A stretch of DNA of 64,000 bases from Pseudomonadota bacterium (GTDB taxonomy: Bacteria; Pseudomonadota; Gammaproteobacteria; Burkholderiales; JACQAP01), in the NCBI GenBank assembly GCA_038040175.1, contig JBBPIT010000001.1:12161-76160 (forward strand), read 5' to 3'. Each line of letters begins with the position of its first letter. Positions within the stretch are counted from its first letter, which is position 1. Shown here piece after piece: positions 1 through 9,260 of the stretch. Made by a program: the position numbers and the translations under genes. The notes beneath the pieces are model-generated. The model was not told the origin of the DNA. It did no database searches and saw only the letters and a list, made by a program, of their open reading frames with translations.

Positions 1-150
1 TTCGCGCCTGGGCCTCGCACAAGAGCTTCGTTCCGAAGGACGGTCCGCCGCCGCCCAGCTCGGGCAGCCGCAGCAATCCCGAGGTGGACTTCCGGGGCAA
101 GCCTCGGCGTAACGATACCCACGAGAGCAAGACCGATCCGGAGTCGGCTG
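1..150 (+). pseudogene. Internal fragment of a DDE transposase (IS5/IS1182-type), cut by the window edge and decayed after about nt 146
   Basis: The frame starting at nt 3 reads RAWASHKSFVPKDGPPPPSSGSRSNPEVDFRGKPRRNDTHESKTDPES. This fits the conserved block WAS.KSF.PKDG...DF.G.KRSN.TH.S.TDP that I recall from IS5/IS1182-family transposases. The expected continuation (RLYRK...GH.LMENRNG) is not present in frame. Confidence 0.45.
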
Positions 151-330
151 CCCGGGCTCCTGGCGATGCATCCGAGTGGATAGACGGGAGAGATGCGTGC
201 AGCGAACGGCAAAGACACACAAACGGTCCCGAAAGCGGGCCACATCGGCACGTTCTCGGTGTCTGATCGCGTCCCAATACCCGTTTAGCATCGTGTCGCT
301 CTTGATAAGCACTCGAAGTTCAACAAACTG

Positions 331-1278
331 CTAGGGCAGGTCGCTGCGCAACGCAGCGCCCAGCGTCTGCCAGCGCTGCATTTGCTCGCCGGGTTCGCGC
401 AGTTCCGGAACGCTGTGGAAGTCCAGCACCTCGCCGAGATCCACGGAATCGACCTGGGCGGAGAGATTGTCCGCGAGGTACTGCCGCAACCCGATCTCCG
501 CCGGCACAGGCCCGAGCAGCAAGCGCGCCACCGGCACGTTGCTGAACTGCCGGTCGAAGTGGTCGAGTGAGCGCTGCAATTCCAGCGCGATGCGCTCGAA
601 CATCTGTTCGCGCATGTCACCGGCCGCATGGGCCAGTTGCTCGAGACTCACATCCATTCTGCGCGACAGGTAGAGTTCGCCGCGCGCGCTGAAAGTCAAC
701 AAGCCCCCTTCCTCGCCGAAGCTCAGCATGGCGAGCGCGCGATGATCGGTCTCCAAAAGCGCCGCAAGGTTGCGTTGGGCCATTTCCGCAATCTCGATCA
801 CCCGCAACGGGATCTTCGCCTGGGCAAAGAGCTTCATGCGCGCCTCGATGTCCGCGTTGCGCGCAGACACGGCGTACACCGAGCGGCCGCGCGTGGGCGC
901 GCTGGCATCGGCCGGAATCTGTACCACGTCGACGGTGGCCGATTCGACCGGATACTCGAGAAAGTCCTTGAGCTTCCAGCGCACCGCCGACTTCAGTTCC
1001 GCGTCCGGCACGTTCGGTGCGTCCAGCAACTGCAACTGGTATTGCGGCGCCGGCAGCAGCGTCGCGCAGCGAAAGCGCTCGAGGTGAAGTTCGCGGCGCA
1101 GGCGCTGCAGCGTTTCGGCCTGGTCGCTTCCGGACGGGTGCGCCGAACAAAATTCCACGACCGGACGCTCCGCTCCGTTGCGGTGCACCTTGGCGATTTC
1201 GACGCGGCCCGCGCAAAGGTTCACAGCAGCGAGTTCACCGGATTCGCGTTTGGAGAAAATTGAGCGCACTGTAGCCAT
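331..1278 (-). CDS. mshI: MshI-like (PilM/actin-fold) type IV pilus assembly protein
   Basis: ORF 331..1503 trimmed to the ATG at 1278 (MATVRSIFSKRESGEL...). The remaining 315 aa have PilM/MshI-like architecture. It lies directly downstream of mshQ in the same operon. Confidence 0.55.
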   Translation of the reverse strand: MATVRSIFSKRESGELAAVNLCAGRVEIAKVHRNGAERPVVEFCSAHPSGSDQAETLQRLRRELHLERFRCATLLPAPQYQLQLLDAPNVPDAELKSAVRWKLKDFLEYPVESATVDVVQIPADASAPTRGRSVYAVSARNADIEARMKLFAQAKIPLRVIEIAEMAQRNLAALLETDHRALAMLSFGEEGGLLTFSARGELYLSRRMDVSLEQLAHAAGDMREQMFERIALELQRSLDHFDRQFSNVPVARLLLGPVPAEIGLRQYLADNLSAQVDSVDLGEVLDFHSVPELREPGEQMQRWQTLGAALRSDLP

Positions 1279-1363
1279 GTTAAAAGTTAACGCGAAAATA
1301 TCTAAATAACTTATTGTTGTCAATGGAAAAAGCGTTTTGGGCCACGGCGGGCAGTTCAATCCC

Positions 1364-4300
1364 TCAATAGACCTCCCGGAAATACAGGAACTGGTCGGCG
1401 TTCTTGAAGATCCCGAAGGTTGCCCGCCCGCGCGGATTCTCGTTGTACGAGCCGCTGCCCCAGTTGCCCTGAAGCCAGGTCTTGTTGGCTGCCGTCGCGG
1501 CACTGCTGGTCACCGAGGTACAAGTGGTGCCCGAGGCGACCGCACCCAGATTGACCGTCAGATCGACGGCGCCATCGTTGCCGTTGCCGGGCTTGATAAG
1601 CCTCACGGCTGCCTGCCCGGAAGCAAAGGCGATGGCGCCGGCGGGGTTCAGGTGAGTCTCGCACGCGACCAGGTTTGGTGTGGCCGCAAGAAAACTGAAA
1701 GCGATGTCGCTTGCGGTGAGCGTGGTACAGCTGTCGAGCGTATTGGTCACGAAAAAGCTGCCGTCGTAGTACTGGGTCGAGAGCGGTAGTGGCAGGTCAA
1801 GAAGCGCGCTGCCGAAAGCGTTGATCAGACGCAGGCGACCGAAGCGCATTTGCTTGCCGTTGTTGAACGCGATGCCGTTGCCTGGTGTCGCTAGCCCGAA
1901 ACGCGCCGGGTTCGAAGCGTAGACGATAGCGGGGGAGTCCCCGTCGATCACGTTGATCGCAAGGCTGATCTCGGAATCGAATGGTGCAATTGGAGTCGAT
2001 CGCGCGAAGAACAAGCCAGTACCGGAGCTGAATGTAATCTTGGCGGTTCCAGCGCCGGTGTCAGAAACGACGGGATCGGTACCGGGTACTCCGCTGGTGT
2101 CAAGCGTGCCGGTCGGATCGGCGTAGATCTTCCCGGTCAAGCTCCCGTTCGTTAACTTGAACCAGGATGCGCCGGTGTAATTCTGCGTGGTCGCATTGCC
2201 GAGCCCCGCGGAATTTTTCGCGGTGACCGTTATGACCGGTTGCACGGTGTAGGTGAACGTCTGGCCGGTATAGGTGAAGTTTCCGGCACCGCATGCCGTA
2301 GCAAATGTCGGCGGGGGGTTGAGCGATACGTCGAAATGGTCCGGCGTAAAGCGCCCGATCGCCGCCGACGCGGACGAATTGCCGAAGCGGCATCCGTAGC
2401 GGCCACCAACGAGGGAATTGGAAAAATTGGCGGTGCAGTCGCCGTTGGCCTGATCCGTGCTGGCGTCGGTAAACGTGTTGTCGATGACGCCGTTGATCCC
2501 GATGGTGAAGTTGCCGACCTCACTATAGGTGAATGCGGCGCCGGTAGCCGTGCCGGTAGCCGGATTCGCCGCGCCGAAAGTGCCGCCTACGGCGCCATTC
2601 TGTATTGCTCCGGCGTGAGCCGTGATCTTGGTATTGTCCGTGCTTGGTGTGCCGTCGTAGCCCGCAATCGCGACGGCGGTGATGGTGAAGGCAGCGCCCG
2701 CCTTGGCGACTGGTGCACCGGAACTTCCCGTGTTGGTCATGTTTGAGGTCGGCGCCGAAAACGCCACGGGCCGGATGGTGAAATTGTCCGTCGAGCAGCT
2801 CGTCACGGTCGGCGACACCACCGGATAGCGCATGCGTACTCTTGCGTCGCGGTATGCATTGGCAACGTTGAAGGCGCCGGTCGTCCCGCGCCCGCTGGTC
2901 AGATTCACCGACTGCGTGGTACCGGCTATCGTCACCGGCGTACCGGGGCAGTTCAGGCCGCCGGTTGATCCCGTTACCAGATCGACCTGTACCGTATCGG
3001 TGAACCCGGCCTGTTGCACCCCGCCCAGTATCGCCACGATGTCAAGGCTGAACGCGGTGCCCGCGAGCTTGGTGTAGATCTGCCCCGCGATTGCGCCCGC
3101 CGCGGTCGAGGTCTCGAAGGCGTTGAGGCTGCCCGGCGGGGGCACAACAACCACCGCCGGCCGCAGCGCGAGGATATGGGCGTTGCCGACGTCGGCCTGA
3201 GTGGAGGCAGTCGCGGTCTTCGCCCCGGTCGCGCCGGCCGCCGCCTGCAGCACGTAATTGACCCCGAGGGACTGGTTTCCATGCTGGACCTCTACCGCCT
3301 CCGTCATCGCGCCGGGCGGCGCCCACGTCCCGGCCGAGCTGTAGGTGTGGGAGGTGACCAGCATCGTGTTGGTCACCGTCGTGGCGACGCTCGGCGTGGC
3401 GTGCGATAGCGTCGTCGTCGCGCAACTGCCTTGCTGGGTGCAATTGCCGTTCTCGATATCAACCTGGGCCGCGGTGTCCACGCCCGAAAACGTCGATATG
3501 CCGCCCGCCAGGTAGCCTGCGGCCGAAAAGGTCCAGGTGTAGCTCGCGGGCTCGGCTGCCCCCGCCGCCAGCCGGTAGACCGCGAGCGAGTTGGCGTTCG
3601 CGTTCGCGTTGTCCACTCGCCTTACGAGCGTCCACCCCGCGGGCACGGTGGGGATCGTGAGGGTGTTCGGGCTGAAGCCGATCGAGGCGATCATCACGTC
3701 GTTCTGGATCGTGCCGGCCGGCTTGTTGATCGTGATGGTTGACTGCAATGCCGGCTGGAGCGCCAGGATGTGCGCGTTCCCCACGTCGTCGTCGGGGGTG
3801 GGGGTGGCCTGTTTCCCGACTGTTGCCCCCGCGGCTGCATGGAGGACGTAGCTCATCTCGGTGGACTGGGCGCCGGACAGGACGTCCACCGCCTCCGTCA
3901 TCGCTGCATCGCCGCCGGACGCGGGCGGCGGTGCCCACGGCCCGGCCGTGGCGTAGCTGTGCGAGGCGACCAGCATCGCGTTGGCCACCGTGGTCGTGAC
4001 GCTGGGTGCCGTCTGCGCGCCAATGGCGGTGTTCTGGCCATTCTCCACGTCAACTGGCGTCGTGGTATTCACGTTCGAGAAGCTCGTGATCCCGCCCGCG
4101 GCCGCCTGGAAGCCGTTTGTGGCGCAGGTCGCAGTGCAAGACAGATCCCATGTGTAACTGGCGGGCTCGGCGGCCCCCGCCGCCAGCTGGTAGACCGCGA
4201 GCCCGCTGTCGGTCGGGCCCGGGTTGTCGAGCCGGCGCACGAGCGCCCAGCCAGTTGGGGGAGTGATCCCGACGTCGGTCGAGAGGCCGGGCTGGTTGGT

Positions 4301-5320
4301 GCGGAAGCCGAAGCTGGCGATCATCACGTCGTTCTGGATCGTGCCGGCCGGCTTGTTGATGGTGATGGTCAGCTGCGGCCGGAGCGCGATGCTCATCATG
4401 GCCTTGGCCGTGTTCACTGAAGTGGTTACCGTCGTCGCGTTATAGAGACCCGCCGTCGCCTTCACGCCTGTGGCTATGCCGAGCGCACCACCGTTATTAG
4501 CAGTGGAGGAATTGTCGGTTCGCTCGGTGACGCCTGTGAGGCTGGCGTTAGCCCAAGAAGCATTCGTGAAGGCGGCCGTGCCATTCACGTCAGGCAGGGA
4601 AGTGCCTATGGCCGCCACAACAAGAGTGTTGGCAACCGTGGTGGTCGCGCCCGGGATAGACCCGCTGGTATCTGTGTTGCCGGCTTCTACACCACCCGCC
4701 GTAATATCCCAAGGGTTACCAGAGGTATCGACGCCCCGAACAGCGATCATCCGCCCGAGCTGGTGATTACCTGAGTCGCTTGTGACCGGAGCGGTCTGGG
4801 TTCCGTTGTACCGTGACCAAAAGACCGTGAGCCGCGTTGCGTCGGCGGCAGCCGCCGCGCCGGTGCTCTGCGGTGAGTTGGCAACCGCCGTCCATGTCCC
4901 GCCGCTCTGATTGGCGATCGTGATGGCCTGGTTTGACGTCTCAAGGAAGAGCAACAGGATGTCGTCCACCGCGATACCCGCAGGAAGCGCCGGCGTGATC
5001 GCGGCTGCGTTAGCGGCGACGGCCCCAGCCGCGACATATGTCGGCACCGGTGCGGGGACCACCGCGGTGGCCGAACTGGCGGCACGGAAGGTGGGGACCG
5101 GCTGGGTGGCCGAAGCGGCGCTGCGGAAAGCGACCTGGGCATAGGCGACGGTGCCGAGAGTCATCCCGGCGAGCGCGCCCACAAGCAGCCAGGGGCGCGC
5201 GATCGCGCGCCCCTGCTGCCACAGCTTTTCCCTTAGGGTGGTTCTTGACGCGTTCACCATCGTCTCCAATGATCCCAAAGCATCCGAACTCCCAAAACAA
5301 CTCTCAGCCATCTCGCTCAA
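1364..5320 (-). CDS. mshQ: MshQ-like giant MSHA pilus-associated protein (1318 aa)
   Basis: N-terminal signal/anchor RPWLLVGALAGMTLGTVAYAQVAF. Last gene after the mshO-mshP pseudopilins. The C-terminal end ...NPRGRATFGIFKNADQFLYFREVY is typical of MshQ C-terminal domains. Start may be 5320 or the ATG at 5260. Confidence 0.6.
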   Translation of the reverse strand: MSEMAESCFGSSDALGSLETMVNASRTTLREKLWQQGRAIARPWLLVGALAGMTLGTVAYAQVAFRSAASATQPVPTFRAASSATAVVPAPVPTYVAAGAVAANAAAITPALPAGIAVDDILLLFLETSNQAITIANQSGGTWTAVANSPQSTGAAAAADATRLTVFWSRYNGTQTAPVTSDSGNHQLGRMIAVRGVDTSGNPWDITAGGVEAGNTDTSGSIPGATTTVANTLVVAAIGTSLPDVNGTAAFTNASWANASLTGVTERTDNSSTANNGGALGIATGVKATAGLYNATTVTTSVNTAKAMMSIALRPQLTITINKPAGTIQNDVMIASFGFRTNQPGLSTDVGITPPTGWALVRRLDNPGPTDSGLAVYQLAAGAAEPASYTWDLSCTATCATNGFQAAAGGITSFSNVNTTTPVDVENGQNTAIGAQTAPSVTTTVANAMLVASHSYATAGPWAPPPASGGDAAMTEAVDVLSGAQSTEMSYVLHAAAGATVGKQATPTPDDDVGNAHILALQPALQSTITINKPAGTIQNDVMIASIGFSPNTLTIPTVPAGWTLVRRVDNANANANSLAVYRLAAGAAEPASYTWTFSAAGYLAGGISTFSGVDTAAQVDIENGNCTQQGSCATTTLSHATPSVATTVTNTMLVTSHTYSSAGTWAPPGAMTEAVEVQHGNQSLGVNYVLQAAAGATGAKTATASTQADVGNAHILALRPAVVVVPPPGSLNAFETSTAAGAIAGQIYTKLAGTAFSLDIVAILGGVQQAGFTDTVQVDLVTGSTGGLNCPGTPVTIAGTTQSVNLTSGRGTTGAFNVANAYRDARVRMRYPVVSPTVTSCSTDNFTIRPVAFSAPTSNMTNTGSSGAPVAKAGAAFTITAVAIAGYDGTPSTDNTKITAHAGAIQNGAVGGTFGAANPATGTATGAAFTYSEVGNFTIGINGVIDNTFTDASTDQANGDCTANFSNSLVGGRYGCRFGNSSASAAIGRFTPDHFDVSLNPPPTFATACGAGNFTYTGQTFTYTVQPVITVTAKNSAGLGNATTQNYTGASWFKLTNGSLTGKIYADPTGTLDTSGVPGTDPVVSDTGAGTAKITFSSGTGLFFARSTPIAPFDSEISLAINVIDGDSPAIVYASNPARFGLATPGNGIAFNNGKQMRFGRLRLINAFGSALLDLPLPLSTQYYDGSFFVTNTLDSCTTLTASDIAFSFLAATPNLVACETHLNPAGAIAFASGQAAVRLIKPGNGNDGAVDLTVNLGAVASGTTCTSVTSSAATAANKTWLQGNWGSGSYNENPRGRATFGIFKNADQFLYFREVY
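3158..4372 (-). repeat. Two tandem domain repeats of about 200 aa inside mshQ (aa 317-523 and 527-721); a third, divergent copy lies upstream (aa about 105-315)
   Basis: Both copies start (S/L)TITINKPAGTIQNDVMIAS and end VGNAHILAL(Q/R)P. A 44-nt stretch is identical at 3686-3730 and 4316-4360, 630 nt apart. Confidence 0.85.
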
Positions 5321-5765
5321 GTGTCGCTTGCAATTGTCGTTCCACGTAGAAGAGGCTTCCGAGGTTGCCTTTCGAGGCGGTCACCGTGAGGCGATAGACC
5401 CGGACATTCACGCCTGCCTCAGTGGCGGCAGCGCTGCCGCACTGCACGGCCACCGCGAAGCCGCTCAAGGTCCCGGCGAGCCCGGCGAGCGGCTGGCTGA
5501 TTGGAGTCGCGTACGTCGCGCCGACGCCGTCGCACGCGGTCCGAAACGCACTGGCCGGCGCCTGCAGGAGTTCCCATGCGCCCCACTCCACGCCGGCACG
5601 CGCCGCCTGGTAGGCGCGCGCGCCCTCGACGTCCAGCGCTTCCGCGGTCTGCTGGCTGGTCGAGAGGGTGACGACGTAGGCGCCAAGGAGGGTCACGACG
5701 ACCAGCAGAAAGATCGCCGATATCAGCGAAAAGCCTCCTGTGCGCTTACGGGACATTGCTGACAT
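5304..5765 (-). CDS. mshP: MshP-like pseudopilin
   Basis: Prepilin-like N-terminus RKRTGGFSLISAIFLLVVVTLLGAYVV. Position between mshO and mshQ. Confidence 0.5.
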   Translation of the reverse strand: MSAMSRKRTGGFSLISAIFLLVVVTLLGAYVVTLSTSQQTAEALDVEGARAYQAARAGVEWGAWELLQAPASAFRTACDGVGATYATPISQPLAGLAGTLSGFAVAVQCGSAAATEAGVNVRVYRLTVTASKGNLGSLFYVERQLQATLERDG

Positions 5766-6543
5766 GCACCTGTTGAACCAGATTCACCGTTTCATCGTCC
5801 TTGGTAATCGCAAGTTCCAGCGTCACCACGCCGTTCTGCGCGGTCACCCCCGCCTCGTAGGTGAAGCGGCAGCCTGAGACGTTGCTGGCGAGCACTCCGC
5901 TGTTTCCGGCTGGCGGCGTGATACCGAAGTTGTAATTCCAGTAGCGGGTGAGCACCCCGCCGGCGCAGATGTAGCTCGCCGGGGTGCCGATGACGTGGAA
6001 GCGCCGGGCCGGAGAGGAAAGGGGAAACTGGCCCCCCAAAAAGTTCACCACCGACAGCCCGGTGCCGAAGGCGCTTTCCAATCGGCGATTGGACCCGGCA
6101 TACGCATCGTCGCCGGTGACGCCAAGGTTGTAGACGACGATGGAGTCGCCATCCTCAATATCCACCGTCGGGCCGATGACGTCGAACGAATTATCCGCGG
6201 GGTCGGAAAAGTCCAGGAGATCGCCGCTGCCGGCGTTGGTCAAGGCTTCACGGTAACGGCCCGCCGACTTAACCGGGATGAATTCGATTGCCGTGTTGCC
6301 TGCCGTCACCCGAATGCTGTTGGGGAGCGCCTGACGCAGATCGCGGCCAATGCGACGCAGCGCGGTATCGGCGATGTCGGTGAGTTCGGCGCGCCGGGCC
6401 ACATCCAGATAGCCCTGCACGGGAGCCCGCAGGAACACGGCAACCGCTGCTGCAAGAATCCCGGTGAGGACGATCACAATGATCGCCTCGACCAGCGTGA
6501 AGCCGCGGCCGCGGACCGACGGGATGTAGCGCGGCATTCTCAT
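5746..6543 (-). CDS. mshO: MshO-like minor pilin
   Basis: Prepilin motif RGRGFTLVEAIIVIVLTGILAAAVAVFLRAPVQGY. Synteny after mshD. Confidence 0.6.
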   Translation of the reverse strand: MRMPRYIPSVRGRGFTLVEAIIVIVLTGILAAAVAVFLRAPVQGYLDVARRAELTDIADTALRRIGRDLRQALPNSIRVTAGNTAIEFIPVKSAGRYREALTNAGSGDLLDFSDPADNSFDVIGPTVDIEDGDSIVVYNLGVTGDDAYAGSNRRLESAFGTGLSVVNFLGGQFPLSSPARRFHVIGTPASYICAGGVLTRYWNYNFGITPPAGNSGVLASNVSGCRFTYEAGVTAQNGVVTLELAITKDDETVNLVQQVHVSNVP

Positions 6544-7160
6544 GGCACGGCGTTGGGCGCGTAACGGGTTCGATAACCCTGGAGCACGAGCGCTTCGCTT
6601 CCCGGCCCGGTCACGGTTACGGTGATCAGCAACGATTCGGCCGCGGCAATGCCACCCAGTGCCGAGTCCGACACCGCAATGGTCGCGGAGTACGTGCCGA
6701 GTCCACCGATCGTCGTTCCAGTGATGTCGGCGATCGGGCTGATGGTCAGGCTGGGGCCGTAGTCGTTGACGTTGTCGAACGGCGTAGTGGCATTGACCCG
6801 GGTTTCCCCTTCCGGGCCCGATCCTTCAACCGTCGCCTGACACCCGGTCGGCCCGACTGTCGCGGATGTCGCAGTGGTCGCCTGCGCATCGTCCGGGTCG
6901 CAGTAGGTAAACGGCTTCGCCTGCACTTCTTCCATCAATGCTTCGGCGATCGCCAGCATCTGTTTCTGGATCAACGGATCGGCGCTGGCTTTGGTCGTGA
7001 CGTTGAATACCAGCAGGATGCCGGCAACGCCGACGCCGACGATGATGATGAACAGAACCAGTTCGACCAGCGAGAGGCCGCGCTGGCCGCGGCGCGGAGG
7101 GGGGCTTTGACAGCGCGCTGGCCGGGGTCGTCCGCCCGGCCAGCTAAGAGGTGCGGACAT
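6540..7160 (-). CDS. mshD: MshD-like minor pilin
   Basis: ORF 6540..7373 trimmed to the ATG at 7160 (MSAPLSW...RGQRGLSLVELVLFIIIVGVGVAG). It overlaps the mshC stop by 17 nt. Confidence 0.55.
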   Translation of the reverse strand: MSAPLSWPGGRPRPARCQSPPPRRGQRGLSLVELVLFIIIVGVGVAGILLVFNVTTKASADPLIQKQMLAIAEALMEEVQAKPFTYCDPDDAQATTATSATVGPTGCQATVEGSGPEGETRVNATTPFDNVNDYGPSLTISPIADITGTTIGGLGTYSATIAVSDSALGGIAAAESLLITVTVTGPGSEALVLQGYRTRYAPNAVP

Positions 7161-7659
7161 AGCCGGTTTCCGGCTCCACGGTGAGTGTCCTGATCCCGTC
7201 GCCGGTGATGCTGATGGTCTGTCCGGTTGACGGCCGCCCCAGCGCGTCAAAACTGAAGTTCGTGGGCGTCGAAGTAAACGCGATGCCGCTGCCCTGGGGA
7301 ACGGCCGTATAGGGGCTTTGCCCGTGCGGCCCCGCAAGACCCGCGGTGCATCCCAGGCCGGCCGTGGGCTCAAAGGTAAAGGTGACGGATGCCGCGCCGA
7401 AATTCACGCAAACGACGCGGCGCTTGGCGATCGCCTGTTTCTGCGCGTAGCGCAGCCCGGAGGCGACCCGGTCGTAGAAGCCGAGCGTGTCGTAACTGCC
7501 GATCCCCACCAGCCGCGGAATCGCCACCACCGCGAGTATTCCGACCAGCATCAGGACCACGACCAGTTCCACAAGTGTGAAACCACCCTTGCTTCGGCAA
7601 ACAGGCGGCGCGCGGATTGCACCTATTTCGGTCACCGACCCTCCTGCATCGCAGCGCAC
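7144..7659 (-). CDS. mshC: MshC-like (GspH/FimT-type) minor pilin
   Basis: Prepilin motif SKGGFTLVELVVVLMLVGILAVVAIPRL. The start is uncertain; a GTG at 7635 is possible. Confidence 0.55.
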   Translation of the reverse strand: MRCDAGGSVTEIGAIRAPPVCRSKGGFTLVELVVVLMLVGILAVVAIPRLVGIGSYDTLGFYDRVASGLRYAQKQAIAKRRVVCVNFGAASVTFTFEPTAGLGCTAGLAGPHGQSPYTAVPQGSGIAFTSTPTNFSFDALGRPSTGQTISITGDGIRTLTVEPETGYVRTS

Positions 7660-7714
7660 CTGCTGCGGCGTCCGTCATGAGCCGCCGCAGCACGATGCGC
7701 TTCTGGAGCGAAGA

Positions 7715-8101
7715 TCAGTTCGAGCAAACGATAGTCGCGCTCGCGACCTGAGCCGTTTGCGTATTCGTCACGGTGCACTGGGCAGTGTTTCCGTCAGTGC
7801 AAGTGCCCGTGCCAGCAAACGTGAAACCAGAGGGCATGCCGCCGGCCAGCAAAGTATTGATCCCGGCACTTGCTGCGGCACATCCGGCAATCGGCACACC
7901 TTTGCCGGCGCTGACTTTCTGCGCCGCATAGTTTATCGATGTAGCGGAAGAGATCGAGGCTGCCACGCCCTGCGCTGCGGCACGACCGGCATCGCTCGAC
8001 AGATCGATGAACTTGGGCAGCGCGGTTGCGGCGAGAATGCCGAGAATCACGATCACGACGACCAATTCGATCAGGGTGAAACCTTGGTACCTGGACTTCA
8101 T
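7715..8101 (-). CDS. mshA: Major type IVa-like pilin (MshA-like)
   Basis: Trimmed to the ATG at 8101, which follows AAAGGAG. Short leader MKSRYQG then [24 protein letters not shown]. The C-terminal part is Cys-containing and Thr/Ala-rich. 128 aa. Confidence 0.7.
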   Translation of the reverse strand: MKSRYQGFTLIELVVVIVILGILAATALPKFIDLSSDAGRAAAQGVAASISSATSINYAAQKVSAGKGVPIAGCAAASAGINTLLAGGMPSGFTFAGTGTCTDGNTAQCTVTNTQTAQVASATIVCSN

Positions 8102-8172
8102 ATCCATCTCCTTTGGTGGGTAAGAAAAGCCACTCAAACGCTTTCGGCAATCGATAAATTGGAGTCTGCCCG

Positions 8173-8652
8173 TCAACATCCCGTCGGATCCACGCTAATG
8201 GCCGGCGAACCGCTCGGGACCAGGGCTTCAACATAGGTGATCCGACACGCGCCCGGTGCCCCGTTGACGTCTATGAGAATGGTATTCGGTGGCGAAGCCG
8301 GAAAAGTAACGGCATCCGCAGTCTGATCGAGCTGCAGCGCGAGAATGATTCCGTTGGCTGTAGCCTGAGGATAGCCATTCACGATGTCTACGTTGGTCGC
8401 TTCCATCGGAACCGTCGACGCACCCGTCGTCGTGATGTTCGACGCCAGCACTTGAGCATGTGCAAGAGCTGCGGCCGAACGTACGCCGCCGTAAATCGCC
8501 TGCGCCTTCGCGGTTCGCGCCTGGGTCTGCAGCGTGATGTAGCGCGGCAGCGCGACCGCCGCCAGAATGGCGATGATGCTGATCGTGACCACCAGCTCGA
8601 TCAGGGTAAAGCCGCCGCTGCGGCGCCGGATTTCGCGTTCAACTGACCTCAT
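8173..8652 (-). CDS. mshB: MshB-like pilin
   Basis: Trimmed to the ATG at 8652, preceded by GAGGGGG. Leader [14 protein letters not shown] then [24 protein letters not shown]. Confidence 0.65.
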   Translation of the reverse strand: MRSVEREIRRRSGGFTLIELVVTISIIAILAAVALPRYITLQTQARTAKAQAIYGGVRSAAALAHAQVLASNITTTGASTVPMEATNVDIVNGYPQATANGIILALQLDQTADAVTFPASPPNTILIDVNGAPGACRITYVEALVPSGSPAISVDPTGC

Positions 8653-8729
8653 CGTTATACCCCCTCGAATTGACAAACACGTTCACGCAAAAAACGATCT
8701 CCAGAAATGACGCACGATCCATGCCTATG

Positions 8730-9257
8730 CTACTGGAACCAACCATACTCGGCGACCAGCACCAAACTCACCCAGGTGCCTGTGAAATTGGGCGAACTGT
8801 CCGTGACCGCGCCCGCACTCACCCGCATCGCCCGGTAGCGAACGCTGAAATCGCGATAAGTTGACTGCGAAAAATACCGCCGATTGTTCACCGTGTACAC
8901 CAGCTCCCGGTTCCGCTTGTCGAAATACCACTGGCCTTTCGGCTCGTTCGCGGGCGCAGAATCCAGTTCGCCCAGATAATTTGGCGGCCTTTCCGCAAGC
9001 CAGTTCATCGGATTCTCGTCGGCCAGCGTCGCAATTTCCGACACCCGGTTGGCGAGAATCAGGTCCGCCATCTTGTAGCGCAAACCGGTGCGGATGTTCT
9101 CCGCCGTCGATTCCATCGCGGTTTTTTCCGCGTACTCCTGGTAGTACAGCGCCCGCTCCAGCAGCACGCACACGAAGATCCCGATGAGCGCCATGCACAC
9201 GGCAAACTCCACAAAACTCGCGCCGCACTGGTCGCCGCGCACCGGGAAAACACGCAT
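8730..9257 (-). CDS. MshF-like small membrane protein
   Basis: Single N-terminal hydrophobic segment GASFVEFAVCMALIGIFVCVLL. Position between mshG and the pilin genes, as in MSHA operons. Confidence 0.4.
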   Translation of the reverse strand: MRVFPVRGDQCGASFVEFAVCMALIGIFVCVLLERALYYQEYAEKTAMESTAENIRTGLRYKMADLILANRVSEIATLADENPMNWLAERPPNYLGELDSAPANEPKGQWYFDKRNRELVYTVNNRRYFSQSTYRDFSVRYRAMRVSAGAVTDSSPNFTGTWVSLVLVAEYGWFQ

Positions 9258-9260
9258 GGG

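Noticed and set aside
84-266. 60-aa ORF as an intact small gene.
   Set aside because: Only its first 21 codons or so, plus the 27 codons upstream of its GTG, resemble a transposase. The rest has no similarity. It was treated as a decayed fragment.
1-291. Minus-strand frame open from the ATG at 291 to the window edge as the start of mshJ.
   Set aside because: Only the first 30 residues or so are vaguely MshJ-like. The remainder lacks a TM helix and is the antisense of the transposase fragment. This cannot be decided within the window and is mentioned only in a finding.
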